From: Thermoanaerobaculia bacterium | GTDB taxonomy: Bacteria > Acidobacteriota > Thermoanaerobaculia > UBA5066 | DNA length: 64,000 bases | Assembly: GCA_963816185.1 (NCBI GenBank) | Contig: CAWFJJ010000024.1 | Coordinates: 320,001-384,000, forward strand | Reading direction: 5' to 3' | Shown here: positions 10,916-18,975 of the stretch, piece by piece | Numbering within the stretch: position 1 is the first letter of the stretch | How the letters are laid out: every line of letters begins with the position of its first letter | Position numbers and translations under genes: made by a program | The notes under the pieces: generated by a model | Databases searched by the model: none | Told to the model about the DNA's origin: nothing | The model's input: the letters and a program-made list of their open reading frames with translations, nothing else

Positions 10916-12657
10916 GCGCGACTCTCGCCAAGCCCCCCGTCCCGTCCTCCATTTCGTTCGGCCCGGTCCTCGAGCAGAACCTCGGCGGCCGCGTGACCGT
11001 CGAGCCGCGTCCGGCGTTCGACATCCCGACGCTCGTCACGGATGCGGCGACGCTGAAGGAGGCCGCTCTTTTCCTCAGGGACGACCCTTCGACGGCGTAC
11101 GACCTCTTCCTCGACCTCGCCTCCGTCGACCGCTCGAAGCTCCCGGGCGATCAGGCTCCCAAAGACGGAACCCGCTTCCAGGCGAACTACATCCTCTACT
11201 CGACGAAGCGGAACGAGCACCTCAGGCTGCGCGTGAACCTGCCCGCGAAGGACCCGGCCGCACCCTCTCTCGTCGGCGTCTGGCCCGCCGCGAACTGGTT
11301 CGAGCGCGAGGCCTGGGACCTCATGGGGATCCGCTTCGACGGCCACCCGAACCTCCAGCGCCTTCTCACGCACAACGGGTTCGTCGGCCACGCGCTGCGC
11401 AAGGACTACGACAAGAAACAGCGCTGGCTCTGCACCGAGGAGGACCTCCTCCAGACGGAGCTCGCCGCGAAGACGGACGACCCGGCCGACATGTTCGAGA
11501 CGATGACGCTGAACTTCGGGCCGTCCCACCCGGCGACGCACGGCACGCTCCGCGTCGTGATGCGCGTGGACGGCGAGAAGATCGTCGCGGCCGAGTCCGA
11601 GTGCGGATACCTGCACCGCTGCTTCGAGGGAATGTCCGAGACGCATACGTGGGTGCAGGTCGTGCCGTACACCGACCGGCTCAACTACTGCTCGCCCATG
11701 ATCAACGGCAACGGCTACGTGCGCGCCGTCGAGCAGATGCTCGGCGTCGAGGTCCCGCCGCGCGCGAAGGCCGCGCGCACGGTGCTGAACGAGTTCTCGA
11801 GGATCATGGACCATCTCGTCTGCATCGCGGCGAACCTCGTCGACATCGGCGCGCTCACGAACTACTGGTACGCGTACCAGCCGCGCGAGGAGATCTACGG
11901 CCTTCTCGAGGCCTGCTGCGGCGCGCGCCTCACGTCCTCGTACGCGCGCATCGGCGGGCTCGCGAAGGACGTGCCGGAGAACTTCGTCGAGTGGTCGCGG
12001 TCGCTCCTGCCCACGATCCGCGACCGGATGGCCGACGTCGACCGCCTCGTCACGAAGAACAAGATCGTCTGGAACAGGTTGCGCGGCACGGGCGTCGTCT
12101 CGAAGGAGCAGGCTCTCGCCTGGGGCTTCACGGGGCCGTGCCTGAGGGCTTCCGGCGTCGCGTACGACGTCCGCAAGGACAAGCCGTACGAGATGTACGG
12201 CGACGTGGACTTCGACGTCCCGATCTCGACGGACGGCGACAACTTCGCGCGCTACCTCGTGAGGATGGAGGAGATGCGGCAGTCGATGCGGATCATCGAG
12301 CAGCTCGTCGCGCGGTTCCCGAAGGGGCCGATCAACTCGGACGACTACCGCGTCATCCTGCCGCCCAAGGAGATGGTCTACAACGAGATGGAGGCGCTCA
12401 TCTACCACTTCAAGCTCGTCTTCGAGGGCGTGAAGGTGCCGCCGGGGGAGATCTACTCGTACACCGAGGGCGGCAACGGCGAGCTGGGCTTCTCGCTCGT
12501 ATCGGACGGCAGCGGCTTCCCCTACCGGATCAAGGTGAGGCCGCCGTGCTTCCCGCTCTTCGCGGCGTTCGAGAAGATCATCAAGGGCAGCATGGTGTCC
12601 GACGCCGTCGCCACGCTCGGCTTGCTGAACATCATCGCCGGCGAGCTGGACCGGTAG
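10912..12657 (+). CDS. nuoCD: NADH-quinone oxidoreductase fused subunit C/D
   Basis: NuoC motifs [14 protein letters not shown] and GHALRKDY; NuoD motifs [28 protein letters not shown]; no NiFe CxxC pairs. Confidence 0.93.
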
Positions 12658-12668
12658 GCAGGTAGCAC

Positions 12669-13331
12669 ATGGCCGCACGCGTCGTCACCGTCAACGCTCC
12701 AGCCCCCACGCTCCTCGAGAGTCTCTATCTCCCGGAGATCTTCAAGGGCCTCGCGCGCACGCTCTCTCACCTCGTGAAGAACCTCGCGAACATCAAGGGC
12801 ATGCCGACGATCCAGTACCCCGAGATGCGCCGGAACTACTCCGGGCGCTTCCGCGGGCGCCACATCCTGAAGACGCGCGAGGACGGCACGCTCAAGTGCG
12901 TGGCCTGCTACATGTGCGAGACGGCGTGCCCGGCCGAGTGCATTTACATCGAGGCGGGCGAGCACCCGGTCCTCGCGTACGAGAAGTACCCGACGAAGTT
13001 CGAGATCGACATGCTGCGGTGCGTCTTCTGCGGATACTGCGTGGACGCGTGCCCGAAGGACGCGATCTGGATGACGAAGGACTACGAGCTGTCCTTCTTC
13101 GACCGCAAGAGCGCCGTCCTCGGCATCCCCGAGCTCACGGAAAAACCGTCCGACACTGGCCCGGACGGCCCCGGCTACGGCTACCGGCCGTACGAGGGCG
13201 AGAACCCCATGAAGAAGGCGGGGGAGTTCGAGCCCTCGGGCCTCGCGCTCCTGCCGGCCCTCGCGGAGCGCGGCCTGGCGATCAACCGCATGCCGCCCCC
13301 GCCGCCGCCGCCGCCGGCGAAGGCGGGCTGA
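12669..13331 (+). CDS. nuoI: NADH-quinone oxidoreductase subunit I
   Basis: TIQYPE, FRGRH and two [4Fe-4S] motifs CVACYMCETACP, CVFCGYCVDACP. Confidence 0.93.
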   Translation: MAARVVTVNAPAPTLLESLYLPEIFKGLARTLSHLVKNLANIKGMPTIQYPEMRRNYSGRFRGRHILKTREDGTLKCVACYMCETACPAECIYIEAGEHPVLAYEKYPTKFEIDMLRCVFCGYCVDACPKDAIWMTKDYELSFFDRKSAVLGIPELTEKPSDTGPDGPGYGYRPYEGENPMKKAGEFEPSGLALLPALAERGLAINRMPPPPPPPPAKAG

Positions 13332-13342
13332 GGGCGCACCAA

Positions 13343-13438
13343 AGTGCCCAGATGTCTCCACCACGCGGTGGGCACATCTGCACATTTGCGGAAGAGTGCC
13401 CAAATGTGTCCGCCGTTGCCGTCTAATACTAGTTAGGC
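13343..13438 (+). other. Putative attI-like integron recombination site
   Basis: GTCTAAT-ACTA-GTTAGGC (13421-13438) is an L-box-like heptamer plus a GTTRRRY core; upstream direct repeats AGTGCCCAGATGT (13343-13355) and AGTGCCCAAATGT (13395-13407); the core is the exact complement of GCCTAAC at 15385. Confidence 0.55.
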
Positions 13439-13447
13439 TGCGCAACG

Positions 13448-13975
13448 ATGGCCGAAGCCCTCCTTCTCTCAAAGCTTCAGGTGGCGCGGCGGCAACTCGA
13501 GGCAACCGTCGGACTCTTTTTCCGGGACGGCGACCCCGTTGCAATCCATACCCTCACAGCAGCGGCGTACGAAGTACTACATGACCTCACCAAGATCTCC
13601 GGGCAGCACGCGATGCTCAAGGCCCGGGTCGAAGAGGTAGTCAAGCCCGAGCATGTCAAGGCGTTCCGGCTCAAGCTGAACGAGGCTGAAAACTTTTTCA
13701 AGCATGCGGCTCGTGACCCGGCCGCCCTCCTGCGGTTCTACCCCGGTCAAACCGAAATCCTCCTGTTCGACGCCGTCAGAACGTATCGCCTCATCTCGGG
13801 CAAGCCGGCCCCCCTTCTCACGGCGTTCGAGTACTGGTGCGTTCTTCACGCCCCCGATCTTTTCTTGCCGCTGGCGGGCGCCGCCGCTTTTCAAGGCCTC
13901 TTTCCAAGCCTCCTTTCAATGTCCCGCTCGGAGTTCCTCGAATCTCTCCTTCCAGGTCTCCCTGTGAATGGCTGA
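13448..13975 (+). CDS. Gene-cassette-encoded hypothetical protein, HEPN-like; last codons displaced by IS481
   Basis: Helical 175-aa ORF with ENFFKHA motif, starting 10 nt after the core site; removing the IS gives ...PVNGSAA-TAA with the stop inside the attC R'' box. Confidence 0.7.
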   Translation: MAEALLLSKLQVARRQLEATVGLFFRDGDPVAIHTLTAAAYEVLHDLTKISGQHAMLKARVEEVVKPEHVKAFRLKLNEAENFFKHAARDPAALLRFYPGQTEILLFDAVRTYRLISGKPAPLLTAFEYWCVLHAPDLFLPLAGAAAFQGLFPSLLSMSRSEFLESLLPGLPVNG

Positions 13976-15375
13976 ACGGTCGGGCACATAGGTAACACTT
14001 TAGTCCAGGCACATGGGTAACACTTATCAACAGTTACCTCGTCGTCGTCGTGCTGTGGAGATCGTGGAAATCTTCTTGCGTAGAGCTCTCAGCCCCGCGC
14101 CCAGTGCGGCCGCCGCGATGCCAAGGCCGGTGTTCATAGAAGGCTGCATAGAGTTTCTTGTCGCGCTCGTCGAAGCGCCCCAGCAGTAGCGAACCGAAGT
14201 ACAGGTTCCAGATGCCGTCGTCGACCTCCTCGAGCCCGACGTACTCGTCGATCAGGGGGTGGCTGACGCTGAGCCAGCCCGTCTTCCAGCGGATCCCGCC
14301 GTTGCGGCTGACGCGCCTGACCTCGAAGTGGCCCGGGTACTCGATGGGTGCGAGCTTGGACGGGAACGTGCGCAGTGAAGGACGGTAAAGATCGGCGGGC
14401 CGTTTCATGCCGATGCTTTCGTGGGGCCGCTCGGTGTTGAACTCCAGCTGGAAGGCGTCGAAGCGTTTCTGCTGGCCTCTGAGGTCGCGCCCCACGGGGT
14501 GAGTCGTCGCCCGCTTGAGCGTGCGATGCATCCTCTCGTGCGAGCCGTTCTGCTCGGGGTGGGCCGGCTGCGTGAGCTCGGGCCTGATTCCCAGCTTGAT
14601 CCACCACACCGAGAGGCGCGAGAGCCGCCCCAGGCCCGTCGACGCAAACGGAACCCCGTTGTCGCTTCGGATCGCATCGGGCAATCCATGTTCGCGAAAC
14701 AGCCGTTCGAAGCTTTTCTTCACGCCGTCCGCCTTCGTCGAGAGCAGCCCTCTGCACCCGATGAGGTATCGGCTATAGAGGTCGCTCACCGTCAGCGGGT
14801 AGCAGTAGATCCCGTCGCCCGTCAGGAACTCGCCCTTGAAGTCCGTGGCCCACAGCGCATTCGCCTTCTCAGCCACCGTCATCGGACGTCCCGGATGCCC
14901 GACGGGCCGTCTGCGGCGCCGCGCCTTCACGAGCCCGTGTCTCTTGAGAATCGCCGCCACCGTGCTTCGTGCCGGCCAGCTCGTCTCCTGGTCGCGCGTC
15001 GCCAGCACGTGGACGATCTTCTTCGGGCCCCAGTCGGGGTGTTTGCGTCGAAACTCAGTGATGGCCGACTCGACATCCCCAGCGGTCTGATTCGGGTGCC
15101 AGTGCGGCCGGCGCACCTGGTCCTCGAGCCCTGCCACACCTTCCGCCTCGAATCTCTCGATCCACTTGTAGAGCGTCTTGCGGCTCACGCCGTGCCGCTC
15201 GGCCAGAAACCTCACCGTGAAAAGCCCGCTTCGATAATCCACCAGGCTCTGCATCCTCTCGGCCACGGGTGTCGTCTCCTTCCAGGGCATCGGGCGTTTC
15301 TCCTCCCGCCCGAACTCTGCCCTGTGTCACCCATGTGCCTGGACCGTTCTGTAACCCATGTGCCCGGACTGAACC
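13973..15375 (-). mobile_element. IS481-family insertion sequence
   Basis: Two tandem GGCACAT(A/G)GGTAACA sites at 13983-14022, two inverted copies at 15325-15344 and 15350-15369; flanking GGC at 13970-13972 and 15376-15378; exact ends uncertain by a few bases. Confidence 0.82.
14034..15290 (-). CDS. IS481-family DDE transposase
   Basis: MPWKE start, HTH (GVSRKTLYKW), integrase core WATDFKG, IRSDNG, QNGSHERMHRTLK. Confidence 0.92.
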   Translation of the reverse strand: MPWKETTPVAERMQSLVDYRSGLFTVRFLAERHGVSRKTLYKWIERFEAEGVAGLEDQVRRPHWHPNQTAGDVESAITEFRRKHPDWGPKKIVHVLATRDQETSWPARSTVAAILKRHGLVKARRRRRPVGHPGRPMTVAEKANALWATDFKGEFLTGDGIYCYPLTVSDLYSRYLIGCRGLLSTKADGVKKSFERLFREHGLPDAIRSDNGVPFASTGLGRLSRLSVWWIKLGIRPELTQPAHPEQNGSHERMHRTLKRATTHPVGRDLRGQQKRFDAFQLEFNTERPHESIGMKRPADLYRPSLRTFPSKLAPIEYPGHFEVRRVSRNGGIRWKTGWLSVSHPLIDEYVGLEEVDDGIWNLYFGSLLLGRFDERDKKLYAAFYEHRPWHRGGRTGRGAESSTQEDFHDLHSTTTTR

Positions 15376-15426
15376 GGCAGCGCAGCCTAACAACGCGCTG
15401 CAGCGGACTTCCATGAGAAGGCCGGT

Positions 15427-15707
15427 TGTTGTCAAGAGAGGGCGGAATCGCCGGTGGGAATCCCTGGGCTCGAGTGTGTCGCCGCGCTTCCATTCGCACT
15501 CGTATGGGCCGCGTCTTGTCGGCCTGGTGCATGAGGGGGTCTAGTCCGCAAGGGCGCTGCAATCTCGCTACCGGTGTTCCGCCCCGGGCCGAAGTCCGTG
15601 GGGACCGGAGTCCGCTGCGCAGTCGCCCTGACGGGGCGTTGACTCGAATTTGGGATAGCCACGATTGAACGCGTCCTCTCGCTGGTTCCTTTCTTTTTTG
15701 CCCTGTG
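15427..15707 (-). ncRNA. Predicted bridge/seek RNA of IS110 element A (boundaries approximate)
   Basis: Stem 15551-15560/15619-15629 encloses an internal loop with attC-matching segments (15608-15618, 15564-15571) around an inner hairpin with a minus-strand C-UUCG-G loop (15589-15594). Confidence 0.72.
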
Positions 15708-16874
15708 TCAGGCCGCTGCGGCCGTGCCGTGAGGCGCAGGGGCCTTGCGTAGCGGCTCGTAGACCTCCGCGGTCCGCCACAGCCGATGCAGCAACACCGC
15801 GAGTTTTCGTGCGATGGCAATGACCGCCCGTTTCTTCGCATTGCGCTCTCCTCGGGCTGACAGCGCCAGGCCGGATCGTCTGAGGTCGCAGTCCGGCCCG
15901 AATGGCCCGAGGACGTACTGCGCCGACTGAACCAGAAGCCGGCGCAGGAAGTGGTCCCCCTCTTTCGTGATGCGCAGCTGCGGGTCCGAATCACCGCTCT
16001 GACTTCGCGAAGGTACGAGCCCAAGGTACGCCCCGACGGCCCGGCTCTTCCGGAATCGACCCGGATCCTCCAGCGTCAGGACGTAGGCCAGCGCCACGAT
16101 CGGGCCCACTCCTCCCACCTGCCTCAGCAACGCCGTCTCCGGGTACTTCTTCTTCCCCAGTTCTAAGATGCGCTTGTCGAGCGCCAGGATCTGTCTGGAC
16201 ACGACTTCGATCGTCGTCAGGACGTTCGACAACGCTTCGCGTACCTCCTCGGGAATCTCGCCCACCGCCTGGATGGAGAACGTCCGGGTCGAGCACTTCC
16301 TCAGGCGGTGTCCCGTCGCTTTGACCGCCCCGCGGACGTGGTTGACGAGCTGCGTCCGCGTCCTCACCAGCACATCGCGCGAGCGCAGGACGGCCATGTC
16401 CTGTGCGACGCTCTCGGGACGGTGCTCCACGGGGTACAGAAGCTTCGGGTCCAGCCGGGCGATCCGGGCCAGGGCCTCGGCATCCACACGGTCCTGCTTC
16501 CCACGGTTCTGGTAGATCAGCCGGGTCTTTCGGGGGTTGGCCACCAGCACCTCGTGCCCTAGCTCTTTCAGAAGGCGGCTCACCCACGGGGAATGCGTTC
16601 CCACCTCCAGCGCGATTCGCATTCCCACCGGCCCTTCGAAACGCTTCCGGATCCCTTCCAGAGTCGTCTGGGCCCTTCCACGCTCGACGACCATCCCATC
16701 TTCATCGAGCACGCAAAAATGGCTCGTCCGATCCCCCAGGTCTATTCCGACGGTCCACGTCGGACAAAAAGCCGGAAGGACGTTCACCACTTTGCCCGAC
16801 GTCAATCTCGCCGTCCCATCACTCCTCGTCGCCGTCCTCTCGCTCCCGCTCGTCCCGGTGCTACGCTTCCTCAC
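15708..16874 (-). CDS. IS110-family recombinase/transposase A
   Basis: DEDD RuvC-like motifs VGIDLG, ALEVG, KQDRVDA; C-terminal GVGP and YLGLVPSRSQSG; GTG at 16874 follows an AAGGGAG RBS. Confidence 0.93.
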   Translation of the reverse strand: MRKRSTGTSGSERTATRSDGTARLTSGKVVNVLPAFCPTWTVGIDLGDRTSHFCVLDEDGMVVERGRAQTTLEGIRKRFEGPVGMRIALEVGTHSPWVSRLLKELGHEVLVANPRKTRLIYQNRGKQDRVDAEALARIARLDPKLLYPVEHRPESVAQDMAVLRSRDVLVRTRTQLVNHVRGAVKATGHRLRKCSTRTFSIQAVGEIPEEVREALSNVLTTIEVVSRQILALDKRILELGKKKYPETALLRQVGGVGPIVALAYVLTLEDPGRFRKSRAVGAYLGLVPSRSQSGDSDPQLRITKEGDHFLRRLLVQSAQYVLGPFGPDCDLRRSGLALSARGERNAKKRAVIAIARKLAVLLHRLWRTAEVYEPLRKAPAPHGTAAAA

Positions 16875-16997
16875 GGCCGGTCTCCCTTCTGGGCCTCGAG
16901 CCCGCAATGTCCTTGCAGCGAATTTTCCGACTGCGCCGGGGAGACCGGCCTTCTCATCCCATCTCGCTACGCTCGCCGCTGAGCTTGCCCATGAAGA

Positions 16998-17204
16998 TTC
17001 CTGTCAAGCCCCTCGCTGAATAATTTCTTGCTTGCGCCGCACGAAACAGCCGGCCACTCGTCCATTCGGGGTCAGAGCCCCACGTATCACTTCAGCGGAT
17101 GGCGCCCCAAACGATATCCCGGGCTCTGCGGCCCAATGCTCAGCAGCAGGGTCATCCACCCGATTCTCGGCAAGATTTGCGGCGTGCTTTTCCTTTCTTC
17201 GTCT
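16998..17204 (-). ncRNA. Predicted bridge/seek RNA of IS110 element B (boundaries approximate)
   Basis: Target-matching GCTCAGC (17138-17144) and CGATATC (17112-17118) flank hairpin GGGC/GCCC (17121-17134) inside outer stem GGATGGC/GTCATCC (17097-17103/17151-17157). Confidence 0.62.
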
Positions 17205-18308
17205 TCAGCGGCTCTTTGCCGCTTGAGGTTTCAGTCGATAGATCCGGGCATCCTTTACCGCCGTGCGCGGCTCGTGGGCTTTCAGCATCGATCGATCAAA
17301 GCTCGTCTTGTCTCGAAGCATCGCGTAAAGAACCCGACAGAGACGATGCGCCACGGCGGTGACAGCGCGGCGTGTCCCCAGGCGCAACGTGAGAGTTCTC
17401 AGAAACGGATTCAGTGGGCTGCTTTGCCGCCTGGCCGTGTGAGCCGCCTGCACGAGCATGGCCCGCAGCTCGGGCGAACCCGTCCTGGTGATGTGGCCCT
17501 GGCGGTTCGTTTCGCCCGACTGGTAGGTTTGCGGGACGAGCCCCGCGTAGCTCGCCGCATGCTTGGCGGTCGGAAAGCGCGTGGCGTCTGAGAAGACAGC
17601 GATTGCCGTCAGCGCCACGATCTCCCCGACTCCTGGAACGGTTTTGAGTCTCTCGAGGTCTTCGCCGAAGGCGGCGTGCTGGCTTTCGAGGCTCTTCTCG
17701 CACGCGTTCTTCTGCTCGAGGGCAGTCTGCCAGGCGCGGTGGTGAAGCTCGACGTAGCTCCTTACCTGCGGATGTGGAACCAGGGCCCCAAGAAGGCGCT
17801 GCCACGCGCGAAGGGTCCCGAGATGCTGGCGGCTGAGCTCGGAGAGCCCCGCGCTCCGGAGCATCTTTTTCGCCGCGTTGATCTGCGCCGTCCCGAGACG
17901 CACGAAATGGCGGCGCCTCGAGAGGGTATTTCTAAGGTGCTCGATCTTCTCCGGCGGCACATGCACGATCGACCGGTAGATTCCACGCCGCAGGCCTTCG
18001 CACAGTTCAACGGCGTCTCTCGTGTCGCTTTTCTGCCGGGGCCGATGGGCTTTGATCCTGACCTCTCGCGCATCCACCACGACGGGTGAAAGCCCCAGCT
18101 CACTGAGCTTTCGCGCCGCAAAAAACGCCATCGTCCCCGATTCGAGAGCCACCAGCGTCGAGGCGCGAAGCTTGAAACGTAGCCGCAACGAGGAAAACCC
18201 TTCCACAGAGGTCGGCACCTCGCCTCGTCCCAGCTCCTCTCCCCGCTCGTTCTGAATCATGAAAACGCTCGACTTGCTGTGAACGTCCAGTCCCACATAA
18301 GATTTCAT
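17205..18308 (-). CDS. IS110-family recombinase/transposase B
   Basis: YVGLDVH, ALESG, KSDTRDA, TVPGVG, YAGLVPQTYQSG; RBS GGAGG before ATG 18308. Confidence 0.93.
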   Translation of the reverse strand: MKSYVGLDVHSKSSVFMIQNERGEELGRGEVPTSVEGFSSLRLRFKLRASTLVALESGTMAFFAARKLSELGLSPVVVDAREVRIKAHRPRQKSDTRDAVELCEGLRRGIYRSIVHVPPEKIEHLRNTLSRRRHFVRLGTAQINAAKKMLRSAGLSELSRQHLGTLRAWQRLLGALVPHPQVRSYVELHHRAWQTALEQKNACEKSLESQHAAFGEDLERLKTVPGVGEIVALTAIAVFSDATRFPTAKHAASYAGLVPQTYQSGETNRQGHITRTGSPELRAMLVQAAHTARRQSSPLNPFLRTLTLRLGTRRAVTAVAHRLCRVLYAMLRDKTSFDRSMLKAHEPRTAVKDARIYRLKPQAAKSR

Positions 18309-18470
18309 CGGGCTGTCCTCCCTTGCTTGGGGCACCTCCTCGGAGGTTGACCCCGTTAAACTTGTGGCCCGATTCTTCGGTGACCACGTCGGCGAGGACA
18401 GCCCTTTTCTCGTCTTCATTGAAACGATATCGTTAGACGCCGGAAGGTAAAGCAGAGCTAGAATCTCCTC

Positions 18471-18692
18471 ATGTCGCTCGAACTGACCGCCGTCTTTCAG
18501 CAGGTGCCTGAAGGCTTCATCGCCTTTATCGAGGAGCTTCCGGGTGCGAACTCGCAGGGAGCCACGCTCGAGGAGGCCCGTTCAAACCTGCACGAGGCGG
18601 TAACGCTGGTTCTCGAGGCTAATCGCGCCCTCAGCGAGCAGGCGCTCGCGAACGCCTCGGTCATTAGGGAGCGTTTCAAGATCTCGGCGTGA
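18471..18692 (+). CDS. hicB: HicB-family antitoxin (short form, no obvious DNA-binding domain)
   Basis: GFIAFIEELPGANSQGATLEEARSNLHEAV. Confidence 0.88.
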   Translation: MSLELTAVFQQVPEGFIAFIEELPGANSQGATLEEARSNLHEAVTLVLEANRALSEQALANASVIRERFKISA

Positions 18693-18880
18693 AGCGCGCC
18701 GAGCTCATTCGTCACCTCGAACGCCATGGCTGCCAGCTCCTTCGCGAAGGCGGCTCGCATACCGTGTACGTCAATCGGCCCGAGCGCAAGGTATCTACCA
18801 TTCCCCGGCATCGCGAGCTCAACGAATTCCTTGCCGTCAAGATCTGCAAGGACCTCGGCGTCCCGAAGCCCGGCGTCTAA
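18689..18880 (+). CDS. hicA: HicA-family mRNA interferase toxin
   Basis: MKRAELIRHLERHGC..REGGSHTVY..IPRHRE; GTGA overlap with hicB; TAA stop lies in the attC2 R'' box. Confidence 0.9.
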   Translation: MKRAELIRHLERHGCQLLREGGSHTVYVNRPERKVSTIPRHRELNEFLAVKICKDLGVPKPGV

Positions 18881-18918
18881 CAACGCGCTGCAGCGGACTC
18901 GTCGTCAGTCGCTGCGCT
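18875..18918 (+). other. attC site 2, left half only (truncated)
   Basis: GTCTAAC AACGC GCTGCAGC GGACTCG matches the attC1 left arm; GTCTAAC complements core GTTAGAC at 18432; no L'/R' arm follows. Confidence 0.75.
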
Positions 18919-18975
18919 TAACTCGCTGCAATCTCTCTCCCAGGATCGCTCAAACCCAGATGGAGGTCGAAGACC

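Larger units (their letters stand above)
15410..16964 (-). mobile_element. IS110-family (IS1111-type) element A inserted in attC1
   Basis: Perfect 14-bp subterminal inverted repeats ATGAGAAGGCCGGT (15413-15426) and ACCGGCCTTCTCAT (16944-16957), 3 and 7 nt from the ends; CT core at both junctions; long non-coding region 3' of the transposase. Confidence 0.88.
16988..18426 (-). mobile_element. IS110-family (IS1111-type) element B inserted in attC1
   Basis: Short subterminal inverted repeats ATGAAGA (16991-16997) and TCTTCAT (18413-18419), 3 and 7 nt from the ends; removal restores GCTGAGCTTG|ATATCGTTAGAC. Confidence 0.82.
15385..18438 (+). other. attC site 1 (60 bp when rejoined), split into three pieces by two IS110-family insertions
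   Basis: 15385-15409 + 16965-16987 + 18427-18438 = GCCTAAC AACGC GCTGCAGC GGACTCGCTACGCTCGCC GCTGAGC TTGATATC GTTAGAC (R'', L'' with one extra base, L', R'). Confidence 0.85.

Noticed and set aside
13343-14025. Short repeats (AGTGCCCA.ATGT; GGCACAT.GGTAACACTT) as a possible CRISPR array
   Set aside because: Only two copies each, no regular spacers and no cas genes; explained as attI-like repeats and IS481 transposase-binding sites
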